This document shows, one piece after another, positions 18,762-28,251 of a stretch of 64,000 nt of DNA; position 1 is the stretch's first letter, and every line of letters begins with the position of its first letter. The translations under genes and the position numbers were made by a program. The DNA is from a virus (taxonomy: Duplodnaviria; Caudoviricetes), in IMG/VR virus record IMGVR_UViG_3300032216_000646, positions 1 to 64,000 of that record. One strand, given 5' to 3'. Under the pieces are notes generated by a model. That model made no database searches, was not told the DNA's origin, and saw nothing but the letters and a program-made list of their open reading frames with translations.

Positions 18762-20492
18762 TTAGTCCTTGTCAACAGCACGACGCTGCGGAAGTTTAGT
18801 TCCGTAGGCGGCAGTAACAAGTTTTTCTCTGACAGCGGCTTCGCCCTGCAACTCAATGGGGTTAGCATTGGTGTCAGGGTTTGCTTGGCTCTCAGGAGTC
18901 TGTGGTCCGAGGATACCATCTCCAAGGACATCTCCGTCGCCCAACATAGTTGGGTCCATAGGCATGGCTGTTCCGTCAGGTCCAGCCATCATGCCAGTCA
19001 AGTCCATAATCTCTTTTTGAATCTGAACCTTGACTAGGCTCAAAGCACCATCCGCCTGAGCGTCGTCAATAAGTTCTTGACGAATCTCCTCAAGTTTGAG
19101 GTCAGGGAACTCTTCACCCAAAGCACGCAAAGCGCCAACCTTAGACTCAAGTCCCATAGAGACTTTTTGTTGCAACTCATTGAGAAGCACCAGTTTGTCT
19201 AGTGGAAGTGGTGACGGGAAGTGTGCGTAAGTTAGGTATGTCAAAGCATCGTTAGGGTCAAGTTGGGTAAGTTGACCTTCTTTGAGCGGACCGTCCTCTT
19301 CAGGATTCCACATGAGAGTCTGCGGTTCTTTTACCGCCAAAGTAAGAATCACCAGTTCGTTGATTCGCTCTAGACCCTTACCGTAAACCGATACTTTTTG
19401 TGACCAGCGGTTCATCAATGGCTGATACTGAATCGAAAGAGCAACACCAGAAGTGTTTGCGATTGGCTGAGTCTGACCCAGAGCAGTCTCTGGGATGTTC
19501 ATCAGTTCGTGCATCGAACGCTTCAGTGATTCAAGATACTGCAAAGCACCCTGAATACCTGATGCTCCACCTTCAAGGTTGAAAACCTGTGAGTCTTTTG
19601 GAAGACCACCCCAAACCTTCTTTGCGCCCTTTTCAAGGTTCTGAATCTTTGCACCAACGATAACCGTAACTGGAGATGCGTGGTAGTTGATGATGTCTGC
19701 GATGTCCGTAGAGATTTCGTTATACGAACGGTTCACAGCGATAATGTCGTGAGCATCCGACAGACCCCAAGGAGAACCAGCAACTGGAACGTTTGGAATG
19801 TGGATAACAGGAATCAAACCTAGAGGATTTGGACGGCTATCAATAAGTTCGTCGTTGACATACTCTTCTATAATGTCGTCCGTAAGAATCTCCGTGTAAG
19901 TAAAGACCTGACGAGTTCCTTCAAGTGAAGTTCCCCAGAAACGATACTTCTGCTTGAATCTAAGCAGACGGGTTCTGTCATGTGGGTGGAACTCTGGGAA
20001 ACACTGTGCAGAGTTCATTGGAAGAATGCGGACACGACCTGGGTGCATACGACCAATGGCATCCTGCCATGGCTCTTCATACGCAACCTTGACGAATGCG
20101 TCACCAGTGATGCCACCGCTCTGAGCAACCTCTAGCAAGATTTTCATCTTGTCGTTGTCGATTTCCCATACACGTTCTAGACGTGCAGGAATGATGGCTT
20201 CAGTAAGTGCTGGGCTGCGGAAAGCAACGCCTTTACCAAAAGTAAAACGTGCTAGATAGTCTAGGAAGGCACGGTAGTAGTTGAGCGAAATCTGCATTTC
20301 GCCTTGCTCACGTCTATAGCCCCAATGGTGACCTAGATACATTGCCCAGTTTAGGGAGTAACGATTTAGACGTGGACCGTGAACCTCAAACTCTTCATCA
20401 GCAAGTTCCACCAAACCCAAAGGGGAAATGGAAATAGTGAGGTCTGAGGATGCCGCCCTATAACTGGGAGGCGAAAAGTCCATGAATGACAT
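18762..20492 (-). CDS. Portal protein (SPP1-like)
   Basis: NPLGLIPVIHIPN, G.SD and TSGVAL motifs; size and position. Confidence 0.9.
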   Translation of the reverse strand: MSFMDFSPPSYRAASSDLTISISPLGLVELADEEFEVHGPRLNRYSLNWAMYLGHHWGYRREQGEMQISLNYYRAFLDYLARFTFGKGVAFRSPALTEAIIPARLERVWEIDNDKMKILLEVAQSGGITGDAFVKVAYEEPWQDAIGRMHPGRVRILPMNSAQCFPEFHPHDRTRLLRFKQKYRFWGTSLEGTRQVFTYTEILTDDIIEEYVNDELIDSRPNPLGLIPVIHIPNVPVAGSPWGLSDAHDIIAVNRSYNEISTDIADIINYHASPVTVIVGAKIQNLEKGAKKVWGGLPKDSQVFNLEGGASGIQGALQYLESLKRSMHELMNIPETALGQTQPIANTSGVALSIQYQPLMNRWSQKVSVYGKGLERINELVILTLAVKEPQTLMWNPEEDGPLKEGQLTQLDPNDALTYLTYAHFPSPLPLDKLVLLNELQQKVSMGLESKVGALRALGEEFPDLKLEEIRQELIDDAQADGALSLVKVQIQKEIMDLTGMMAGPDGTAMPMDPTMLGDGDVLGDGILGPQTPESQANPDTNANPIELQGEAAVREKLVTAAYGTKLPQRRAVDKD

Positions 20493-20496
20493 TTAG

Positions 20497-20766
20497 TTAC
20501 TTATCCTCATGTTTCTTTTTTCCGCCCTTTTCGTCTTTGCCTTTTCGAGACTTCTCAGCCTCTTCACGGCGCTTATCTTGAAACTTTTTTGACATGGTCA
20601 TTTTTTTGCGGTCAGCCGCAGTGGTTACAATAAACTTACCACCATGCTTTACATACTGCTCATGAACCCAGTGCGATGCACCTGGGTTAGGGTAGTTTGA
20701 ATACTTTGCCTTAGCCTGCGCAACAATCATCGCCCATAGTTTGACGTTTGCTGGTTTACTTGCCAT
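20497..20766 (-). CDS. Small basic hypothetical protein
   Basis: AKAKY..YP..GAS.WV...Y...GG pattern; GGAG RBS. Confidence 0.65.
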   Translation of the reverse strand: MASKPANVKLWAMIVAQAKAKYSNYPNPGASHWVHEQYVKHGGKFIVTTAADRKKMTMSKKFQDKRREEAEKSRKGKDEKGGKKKHEDK

Positions 20767-20840
20767 CAGGGTCTCCTCCGTGACCGAAAGCCACCCACAC
20801 CATGAGATAGGTGCGGGGTGACTTTACGGATAGTTTACTA

Positions 20841-21236
20841 CTAGTCGTTTACGACTGTTGGGTTTAGACGCATGGTGCGTCCACCCGAAACCAACTTGGT
20901 TTCAACAATCTGCTCTGCGTAGTTCGAGAATGAACCGTGAGCAAACTCGCCAAGATAGGTTGGTGCTTCAATCCAAGCAGCCGAACCTACGTGCGCACGC
21001 TCAGAGAGCGTCTCTTCGGCAGGCTTCTGCCAAACAGGTGCATTGCGGTTAGGACGACCTGGTGCGGCTGCAAAGCCGCTCATTACGCCTACCTGAAAAT
21101 CACGAGGCACGTCAGTGTCAGTTGCAACGCCTTCTTCGAAACGCAGTGGACCACGGCGCTCTAGGTTGTCGGCAATCTTACGTTCGTAAATCTGTGGTGA
21201 CTTCTCAGGGAAGGAAGGGACTGGTGCGATACCCAT
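20841..21236 (-). CDS. Hypothetical virion-associated protein
   Basis: AAGGAG RBS before ATG 21236. Confidence 0.65.
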   Translation of the reverse strand: MGIAPVPSFPEKSPQIYERKIADNLERRGPLRFEEGVATDTDVPRDFQVGVMSGFAAAPGRPNRNAPVWQKPAEETLSERAHVGSAAWIEAPTYLGEFAHGSFSNYAEQIVETKLVSGGRTMRLNPTVVND

Positions 21237-21331
21237 GGGGGACTCCTTTTGTAAGGTACGGAAACTGTACAGTATTTCCACTTATGAGTTTCCTAGTTTT
21301 TCGGACTAAAAGAAGGCTGAACTAAAACTTT

Positions 21332-22912
21332 TTAGAAGAACATGTTTGAAGCCACTTCGACAGTAGGCATCACTAGGCTCTCTGTCAAAGAGCAGGCAAT
21401 AGCCAAACTGTCGACATAGTCATCGTGCGCATACGCCTCGTCAGGGGCTGCAACCATAAAGTTCGGTCCTTTGTATTGGACTTCAGCGTCAGTCATTTGC
21501 TGGTAGAAACGTTTCCACACACGTAGACGACGAGTCTTAGCGTGTGCAGGGAACGTCAACGATTTACGTTGAATCAGTGCCTGCAAATGCTTGAACCTCT
21601 TAGACTGTTCAGTCTGACTTGAGGTTAGGGCTATAACTTCTGCACGAGGCAAAAGAATCTTTAGACGTTGGGCAACTGCGTCACCGACACCGTTACCGTC
21701 TACACCAACTGCCAACACGTCATAGTTGGACAGGAAGTTGACTATCTGGAAGTATTGTTCTTCCCAGTCGTCGCCTTGTAGTTCAAGCCAGTTGAGGACT
21801 CGATGGTCATAATAGCCAAACTCATCGGGGCGGTCCCAGTCCACCCATACAACTGTGACAATAGTGGAGTCCATCTTACGAGCAGGGTCGACTCCGACCA
21901 CAACGGGCGTGTTATGCCAGACCTTGACAAGTTCTTGTGAAGTGTCACCAAGGTCATCCATGACTCCTGATGTGACAAACATGCCTCGTTCAAGAAGCCA
22001 CTTGCAGTTATACGACATTTGAAACTCATCGGAATCTTCTCCAATACGCATCATTTCTTTTTTGATGAACTTGTTATAGTTTTCGTTGACCTTAGCCACG
22101 TCCCGCCAGTCCCACTGGAAGTGGTTCTGTCGAGCCTTATTGCCTGTCTGTCGACGTTTGTTCAACTGAATCGATTTGTAGAAGTTGTTTTTACTGGTGG
22201 TAGGCGTTCCCGTCTTCACCATTGTTCCAGCGTAATAAGCCATCATCGGGGAGATTGACTTTGCAACCACAAAGTCATCGGCTTCTTGACACTCGTCAAT
22301 AACTACAAGGTGGAACGACTTTGATTCAATCTTTGCTCGTGGGTTAGCAGTCATCATTGTCAGCGTTGACCCAGAGTTACGAAGCCTGATTTGTCGAGTC
22401 ACACCACCAACACGAGCAGCCGAGTCATCAATCTCAGGGTCACCCAAAACTTCGATAGCACGCTCAGATGTTAGACGAGTGACTGTTCTACTGAACAGGG
22501 TTTCAGCCTGACCTTCAGTTGGCGCAAATAATCCAACCCACAGTCCGTCCTTGAACTTGCCAAGCAAGTCAGGGTAAATCTTTGCCAGTTTAGGAAGAAG
22601 CACCATAAGCACCGAAACTGTATTGGCGATAGTTTCAGACTTACCTGACTGACGGGCAGCCATAGCGGTAATCTCTTCACCGTCGTTGATAACAACAGAC
22701 TCTATAAGTCTTTTAGCAAAAGGTTTCTGGTAAGGGTGCAGGTCATGTCCTACAAGGACAACCATGAACTCCATAACCTTTTCGACAAGTTTATTGACGA
22801 ACTCTTGGGATAGTTCATCAATGTCATCTTCGACTTCTAAATCGACATCTTCAGTTTCTTGTAGATAAAACTCAGGAGTGATTTCTTCAAACTTGTCATC
22901 AAAATCAGACAT
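21332..22912 (-). CDS. terL: Terminase large subunit
   Basis: ARQSGKS Walker A, VVIDE Walker B, TGT, GVDPAR and HDDYVDS nuclease motifs. Confidence 0.95.
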   Translation of the reverse strand: MSDFDDKFEEITPEFYLQETEDVDLEVEDDIDELSQEFVNKLVEKVMEFMVVLVGHDLHPYQKPFAKRLIESVVINDGEEITAMAARQSGKSETIANTVSVLMVLLPKLAKIYPDLLGKFKDGLWVGLFAPTEGQAETLFSRTVTRLTSERAIEVLGDPEIDDSAARVGGVTRQIRLRNSGSTLTMMTANPRAKIESKSFHLVVIDECQEADDFVVAKSISPMMAYYAGTMVKTGTPTTSKNNFYKSIQLNKRRQTGNKARQNHFQWDWRDVAKVNENYNKFIKKEMMRIGEDSDEFQMSYNCKWLLERGMFVTSGVMDDLGDTSQELVKVWHNTPVVVGVDPARKMDSTIVTVVWVDWDRPDEFGYYDHRVLNWLELQGDDWEEQYFQIVNFLSNYDVLAVGVDGNGVGDAVAQRLKILLPRAEVIALTSSQTEQSKRFKHLQALIQRKSLTFPAHAKTRRLRVWKRFYQQMTDAEVQYKGPNFMVAAPDEAYAHDDYVDSLAIACSLTESLVMPTVEVASNMFF

Positions 22913-23147
22913 TACTTGCTCTTCTCTTGAGTTCTCTAGTTATCTCTAATAAAGCCTCTGCAGCCATTTCAGCGTCATCAAGCAATAAGCCGTCATTACT
23001 GCGCAACCAACCCGTAAGTTCCTTGCCAATGGTAAACAAAGCGTTTTCTGACCATGCTACGAGGTCAGGAGTTGATAGCCCAGAAATCCTCTTCTGCATT
23101 TTTGTTTGGGGCTGCTGTCCAGCCTTTTTCTTCATCAAAATCTTCAT
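22905..23147 (-). CDS. Hypothetical protein
   Basis: Overlaps terL start. Confidence 0.55.
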   Translation of the reverse strand: MKILMKKKAGQQPQTKMQKRISGLSTPDLVAWSENALFTIGKELTGWLRSNDGLLLDDAEMAAEALLEITRELKRRASNV

Positions 23148-23391
23148 CTGATAATACCCGTCCTTGCATAGCGTTATTGAGTGCCGATTCTTCGTCTGGT
23201 TGTGCGCCAGTCCACTTACCTAAGACTAACGCCTTATAGTTAGGCAGTCTCACGATAAGTGGTGCAGATGTGCGGAATGGTTCTTCAATCTCTTGAGTCC
23301 ATCCACGAACTGCAAGTTTCCATCCCCATTTTACGGGGAAGCGTATGACTTGTATGAAGTGTTGTGAGCCGATGTTGTGAACTTTTGGCAT
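23065..23391 (-). CDS. Hypothetical protein
   Basis: ORF in operon orientation. Confidence 0.6.
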   Translation of the reverse strand: MPKVHNIGSQHFIQVIRFPVKWGWKLAVRGWTQEIEEPFRTSAPLIVRLPNYKALVLGKWTGAQPDEESALNNAMQGRVLSDEDFDEEKGWTAAPNKNAEEDFWAINS

Positions 23392-23397
23392 TACGTC

Positions 23398-24300
23398 TTA
23401 TGGTTTCCTTGGTTTGTTTGCAGTAGGTCGATTAGTTCCGTAAGTTTTAGCAGCCCTCTTAGCAAGGTTTGCTCCTTGAAGCGGACGAGCAAAGTCTTGA
23501 CGGTTACGTTGGCGACCATTGATTCTAACCTTTTTGTCGGTAACTTGGTAAACCTGCTGTGAGGTAGCGGCAACACGGTATTCAAGTTCTTGAGCCTTTT
23601 CAGACATGAAGCCAACTTGAGCCTCACCACGGTTCTTAGACATTAAGAACCCAGGAACTGGACGTGGGTTTAGGAGTGGACCTTTAGAGCCAGCCATTTT
23701 GAATCGTTGCCACTCTTGTGGGGTGACGTCGTAGTAGTTGTAATACGTTCCGTCACGGAAAACTACGGTCAAAGTTCCTTGACCTTCAGCGGTCGAGCCA
23801 TCTGCTCGACGGTAACCTGCAGCCACAGTGCGTGGACGTTTTAGGTTAGAAGTAGATGTTGGGATGACCGAGATAGGTGCTGGGTCCATCCAACGGTCTT
23901 TGGCGATTGCGCCATAGTTAGCGGCAAGGTTAGACCATCTAGGTCCAGCCGCATCCATGCCCTCATAGTAAGTTCCAGCAGTGTTGTCATACCCAAAGTC
24001 TTGTGCATTGAGTTGATTGTATCTGCTTCTAGAAACGGTGTTACCAGTGAGGTCGTTGAATACTGCAAGACCTTCAATGTAAGCACCAGTTTGAGCAAAC
24101 TCACCACGAGATGACGCCGTAGGCAGGGAGGCGAGAGGGGAAATCTGCACGCCCCCCCGCTCACGGTATCTGGCAAGTTCAGCCGCAACGGACGGGTCGA
24201 CACCATACATTTGATTCTTTGGGTCAACACGTGCTTCCATTTCCGCCTGCGACATTTGCGTCGGGCGGCTTGGAGGCATGTTACGGGTAACTCTAGCCAT
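23398..24300 (-). CDS. KTSC-domain protein
   Basis: AAGY...TLTVVFRDGTYYNYYDV...W..F..AGSKG motif. Confidence 0.75.
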   Translation of the reverse strand: MARVTRNMPPSRPTQMSQAEMEARVDPKNQMYGVDPSVAAELARYRERGGVQISPLASLPTASSRGEFAQTGAYIEGLAVFNDLTGNTVSRSRYNQLNAQDFGYDNTAGTYYEGMDAAGPRWSNLAANYGAIAKDRWMDPAPISVIPTSTSNLKRPRTVAAGYRRADGSTAEGQGTLTVVFRDGTYYNYYDVTPQEWQRFKMAGSKGPLLNPRPVPGFLMSKNRGEAQVGFMSEKAQELEYRVAATSQQVYQVTDKKVRINGRQRNRQDFARPLQGANLAKRAAKTYGTNRPTANKPRKP

Positions 24301-24312
24301 GGTTATTCAGTT

Positions 24313-25017
24313 TTAGGCGTAGGCAACGATGGTGATGTCGGCAGTGCCAGTGATGTTGTCTGCGTTAGGCGCTACAGTCTGTGAGAACACAGTGTCAGTC
24401 ACACCAACAACCGAACCAGTTCCTGCAGTAAGCACAGTGCTTGCAGTAGTGGTGAAAGTTATTAGGTTTGTGCTGGACACGCTCTTTACAGTCCAAGTAC
24501 CATCAACTGATGAAGTACCAGAAACAGTAATCTTAGTTCCTACTGGATACTGAGCCACACCCGCAGCAACAGTAATAGTTGCGTCGAATGAACCAGCAGT
24601 ACGGGTTACCACAGTGATGCTCTTAGAAGCGTTAGTCTGTGCAGTTCCAGTTAGGACGTTGGCGTTTAGGTAGCCAGAGTCACGAAGACCATCCTTGGCG
24701 TCTGCCAAAGCAAGACCAAGAACGTTAGGAACAACAATGTAAGGGGTGTAAGCATAGGCAGAACCTGTGAACTCACCTTTGGTGTTTGGTTCGTAACCAG
24801 GGTATCCGTTCCATCCGCCAAGGATAGAGTCGTGGTTGTCAAGACGTGGTACAAGTCGCTTGCTTCCGTTGGTTACAGGGTTAGCACCGACGGCTGCAGT
24901 TGCAGTCTCGGTGTTGGTAGTACGCTGGTCATTAGGCTGACCTGCTAGGTTGCCCCATACAAAGTCAACTCTAACGTTGCCTGCTGTATCGGTGGCTTTT
25001 CCACTGTTAGATGGCAT
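24313..25017 (-). CDS. Structural protein with PASTA-like segment
   Basis: VVPNVLGLALADAKDGLRDSG; Thr/Val-rich beta region. Confidence 0.55.
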   Translation of the reverse strand: MPSNSGKATDTAGNVRVDFVWGNLAGQPNDQRTTNTETATAAVGANPVTNGSKRLVPRLDNHDSILGGWNGYPGYEPNTKGEFTGSAYAYTPYIVVPNVLGLALADAKDGLRDSGYLNANVLTGTAQTNASKSITVVTRTAGSFDATITVAAGVAQYPVGTKITVSGTSSVDGTWTVKSVSSTNLITFTTTASTVLTAGTGSVVGVTDTVFSQTVAPNADNITGTADITIVAYA

Positions 25018-25020
25018 TTT

Positions 25021-25254
25021 TTACTCGCTTTCGCAATCATGATTGTAGGTTTGTTCCTCAAGGAGTACAGCCGCACAGTCCCGACAACGGAACATGCGGA
25101 CATCATCTAGTGCTTCGTGTAAAGAGTCGGGATGTTGCTCGTCGTAAACCACCCTTGTTTGCGCAAGAATCTCAGGCGGGAACGGTCCACGAGGTCTCTG
25201 GTAGCCATTAGGGACGGCGTGTCCCTGAACAGCAAACTTTCGGATAACAGGCAT
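25021..25254 (-). CDS. Small Zn-finger protein
   Basis: CRDC...H.C motif; TAATG coupling. Confidence 0.6.
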   Translation of the reverse strand: MPVIRKFAVQGHAVPNGYQRPRGPFPPEILAQTRVVYDEQHPDSLHEALDDVRMFRCRDCAAVLLEEQTYNHDCESE

Positions 25255-25583
25255 TACTCCTCCGAAGGAGTTTCCTCTACTGGGGTTTCCTCGACTGGTG
25301 TTTCTTCAGTTGGAGTTTCCTCAACTGGGGCTTCTTCAACCACAGGAGTTTCCTCTACAACCTCTTCAACAACAGGAGTTGCCTTTTTCTTCTTTGAAGG
25401 CGCTACCTCAGCAACAACCTCCGCTTTGAGCGTGTCAAACTCTGGGGTGTGAACAACTACGTTTGAGTTGGTCAACCCATTCAAAAAGTTGGGTAGGTGA
25501 TACTGACAGTAGTCAATACCGTATTCCTCTGACACCTTATAGGTATACAGAGCATCATTTGAACAGTTAGCGCAAGATGCCAT
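25254..25583 (-). CDS. Cys-containing protein with acidic EETP repeats
   Basis: CANC...CQYH; (VEETP)n tail; AAGGAG RBS. Confidence 0.65.
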   Translation of the reverse strand: MASCANCSNDALYTYKVSEEYGIDYCQYHLPNFLNGLTNSNVVVHTPEFDTLKAEVVAEVAPSKKKKATPVVEEVVEETPVVEEAPVEETPTEETPVEETPVEETPSEE

Positions 25584-25647
25584 TAGAACTCCTTCTATCA
25601 CTATCGACAATGCCAAACTTTTGAAGTTTTAGCAGGCTATTCTCGAT

Positions 25648-26352
25648 TTACTTTTTAGGTTGCGGTCTCTTGGCAACAGCAGGTTTTTGAGCCAGTTGAG
25701 CGGCGGTCTTAGGTTTTCCAACTGTTGCAGGTTTTGCAGCAGGAGGTTTTCTAGTTCCTCCAGTAGTGCTACCAGCAGGTTTTCTAGTGCCGCCAGCAGG
25801 CTTCGTTGTAGTGGCTGCTGGCTTTTTGCTGCCAGCACTTGGCTGCACATTTACAGGAGTTGGGAAAGTGTCAGTGTGTCCTTCAACAGAACGACCAGTA
25901 ACTTTCTTACCGTCTGCAGTGAAATGGGTAGTAACTTTAGGCGCTCTAGGACCACGAGGTGTTCTAGGTTTTGCAGGAGTTTTTGGCTTTGCTTCTCCGT
26001 CAGCAGGTTTTGCTTCTCCGTCAGCCTCTCCGTTAGCAGCCTCATCACCACCAGCCCAAGTTCCTCCGATGCTGTGGTTACCGCTTTGGTAACTGACAGT
26101 AGTGCCAGGTTTTAGGTGAGGCTTCAACTGTTCGCCAAAAACGTGAACCATGTGTTCACGGTCAATCATCCCTGCTTCAAGGTTTAGGTGAGTCTGCAAA
26201 GCAGCGCCAGCCGCCTTACCTTCAGCCTCAATCTGGGTGTTCTTACGGTCACGATGTGCATCCATAACCTTGCCTAATGCCGCCCCTAAACCTGCAAGTG
26301 GTTTTGTAGGGTTCTGGTCGCCAAAAGGGTATTTACTTTCGCCAAAACTCAT
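25648..26352 (-). CDS. Hypothetical protein with Pro/Lys/Ala-rich tail
   Basis: Long ORF in operon orientation. Confidence 0.65.
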   Translation of the reverse strand: MSFGESKYPFGDQNPTKPLAGLGAALGKVMDAHRDRKNTQIEAEGKAAGAALQTHLNLEAGMIDREHMVHVFGEQLKPHLKPGTTVSYQSGNHSIGGTWAGGDEAANGEADGEAKPADGEAKPKTPAKPRTPRGPRAPKVTTHFTADGKKVTGRSVEGHTDTFPTPVNVQPSAGSKKPAATTTKPAGGTRKPAGSTTGGTRKPPAAKPATVGKPKTAAQLAQKPAVAKRPQPKK

Positions 26353-26693
26353 AGTCGTGTCTCAATCTCTTCAAATCGTTTATTGCCATCTTCAAGTCTG
26401 CCATCAATCTGGTCAAGTTTCTTCTCAACTCGATTCAAAGCATCTTTCATTGAACTTCCGCCGTTACGCTTCAACTCACCGTCAATACGGTTCAAGCGCT
26501 CCATCACACCTGGCACGGCGGAACGACCAGGTGCTGCGGGTTCTCCCGCCCAATCTCTCATAAACTTTTCCCAAGTATCCACGGCTTCATGAATACGGTC
26601 ACACAAAGGTTTTACTAGTTTCCATAGCATTAGTAGTGCGCTACCAATAGCCACGATTGCTGCTGCCCAATAAAGGACGGTATTGTCAATCAC
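26349..26693 (-). CDS. Membrane protein, holin-associated type
   Basis: One N-terminal TM, NGGSSMKD motif, coiled coil. Confidence 0.7.
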   Translation of the reverse strand: MIDNTVLYWAAAIVAIGSALLMLWKLVKPLCDRIHEAVDTWEKFMRDWAGEPAAPGRSAVPGVMERLNRIDGELKRNGGSSMKDALNRVEKKLDQIDGRLEDGNKRFEEIETRL

Positions 26694-26863
26694 TTTCCAA
26701 CCACTCGTCCTCCACCAAAACCTTCAGCAGTTTGACGTGCTGGGCGTTTATGTGTTACTACACTTGGCTCTTCTTTAGCCTTTGGGTATGAAGAAAGCGC
26801 AGCCCGAAACTCTGGATAAACAAATGTTCGTCCATTGATAGTTACGGGCTTGCGCTTCAACAT
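26690..26863 (-). CDS. Hypothetical protein (57 aa)
   Basis: Manual translation MLKRKPVTINGR...; GTGA overlap with next start. Confidence 0.55.
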   Translation of the reverse strand: MLKRKPVTINGRTFVYPEFRAALSSYPKAKEEPSVVTHKRPARQTAEGFGGGRVVGK

Positions 26864-26869
26864 GAGAAG

Positions 26870-27241
26870 TTAGGCTTTTGGTGCTTCTTCGTCGTCGTCG
26901 AGGTCATCCTCGTCGTCGAGTTCATCTAGGTCACCAAAATCACTTAGGTCTAGCGTGTCAGAAGCCGCAGTTCCAAGGGCATCCTTGATGTCCTTGTTGT
27001 CTCCAGCCTGTTTTGCAACAGCGGCACGGAAGCCCTTTTCGATGTCTTCATCAGAAATCATGGCGTCCCAAGCAAGTTGGACACCAAAGAAGATGATGAT
27101 TGACGAGAAAACAGTTGCTACACCAATGAAGCCACCTGCAATCCATCCGACAGATGGTCCGCCAACGGCAGCACCTGGGATGAAGGCAAACATGACTACA
27201 CCGATAGAGCGAACGATGATTTGCTTTAGTTTATTCAGCAT
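26870..27241 (-). CDS. Putative holin
   Basis: Two TM segments and acidic tail next to lysin. Confidence 0.55.
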   Translation of the reverse strand: MLNKLKQIIVRSIGVVMFAFIPGAAVGGPSVGWIAGGFIGVATVFSSIIIFFGVQLAWDAMISDEDIEKGFRAAVAKQAGDNKDIKDALGTAASDTLDLSDFGDLDELDDEDDLDDDEEAPKA

Positions 27242-27758
27242 GGTTTGCTACTTTCTTTGCTGGGGCGGCTGCTGGTGCATCAGTTGTAGGTGCTTCAGAC
27301 TTAGCGACTTCTTTAGCCTTAGCCTTAGCAACAGCCTGTTGTTCAATGATTTTCTTCTTTAGGAAAGCGTCAGCGTCATACACTCGTCCAGCAAACACTC
27401 CATCAGGAGTAGTTGCTAGAGTGAAGTGAAGGTGTACACCACTCGAAAACTTTCCAGTAGTTCCAGCAGTTCCGACAACGTCGCCAGCCTTTACTACAGT
27501 GCCAACTTTTAGTGGACTTTTCTTATCCATGTGGCAGTAACCGAAGTATCTACCACCAACTTTTAGCACAACTACCCAACCAATGCCGTCACTCCATTTG
27601 TTGACTGCAATAGTTCCGTTGTTTACAGCAAAATACTTTGTTCCAGCCTTGAAGCCGTTGTAGTCAGTTCCACGGTGACCATTTGGATGCCATGAATCTA
27701 CTACACCGAACTTTGGACCGTAAGAGTATTTGCCATCTAGAGGCATTCTCCAAGCCAT
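27231..27758 (-). CDS. Endolysin, M23 peptidase
   Basis: HRGTD, YCHM and GVHLH Zn motifs. Confidence 0.9.
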   Translation of the reverse strand: MAWRMPLDGKYSYGPKFGVVDSWHPNGHRGTDYNGFKAGTKYFAVNNGTIAVNKWSDGIGWVVVLKVGGRYFGYCHMDKKSPLKVGTVVKAGDVVGTAGTTGKFSSGVHLHFTLATTPDGVFAGRVYDADAFLKKKIIEQQAVAKAKAKEVAKSEAPTTDAPAAAPAKKVANHAE

Positions 27759-27793
27759 GTTTCATTCCTTTCGGTGTTCTTACTTATTGTCGT

Positions 27794-27958
27794 TTATTCT
27801 TTCGGATTACGCAGCCTGAACGTTATCATCCAGATTGCGAGAGAGCCGACGATACACCAGCCCACTACTGTCTTGGCAGAACCTTCAAGCACAACCCAAG
27901 CAACGAACATGCCTAGTAGTGTCCAAATCTGACCAATCAAATCATTTAGAAACTTCAT
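27794..27958 (-). CDS. Small two-TM membrane protein (54 aa)
   Basis: Manual translation MKFLNDLIGQIWTLLGMFVAWVVLEGSAKTVVGW...; TAATG coupling. Confidence 0.7.
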   Translation of the reverse strand: MKFLNDLIGQIWTLLGMFVAWVVLEGSAKTVVGWCIVGSLAIWMITFRLRNPKE

Positions 27959-28251
27959 TATTCTTTCCTTCTAGTAGAAGACGATGAACCACCAGCCGCT
28001 GCAGAAGCCGAAGCCGCTGCTGCAGTTGCAGCACTTTGCGCCGCCATAGTCGCAGCCTGTGCTGCGATTTGCGTCACGATAATGGCAGAGACCACCACCT
28101 TCTGTGCTTTTGCTCGCACTTCAGGTGGTAGGTCTGCACCAATGTTTGCCAAAGCACTAAGTGCGTCACCCAGTCCTTTGAAAAGGTCTCCCAACAGAGG
28201 TATTGCTAAAAACGGACTTGTTTCGTACTCTGGTGGGGTTACTGTTTTGGG
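27958..28251 (-). CDS. -1 frame C-terminal extension (putative membrane anchor) of the PA14 protein
   Basis: Frame opens exactly at slippery CCCAAAA; hydrophobic helix and RRKE end. Confidence 0.7.
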   Translation of the reverse strand, partial: PKTVTPPEYETSPFLAIPLLGDLFKGLGDALSALANIGADLPPEVRAKAQKVVVSAIIVTQIAAQAATMAAQSAATAAAASASAAAGGSSSSTRRKE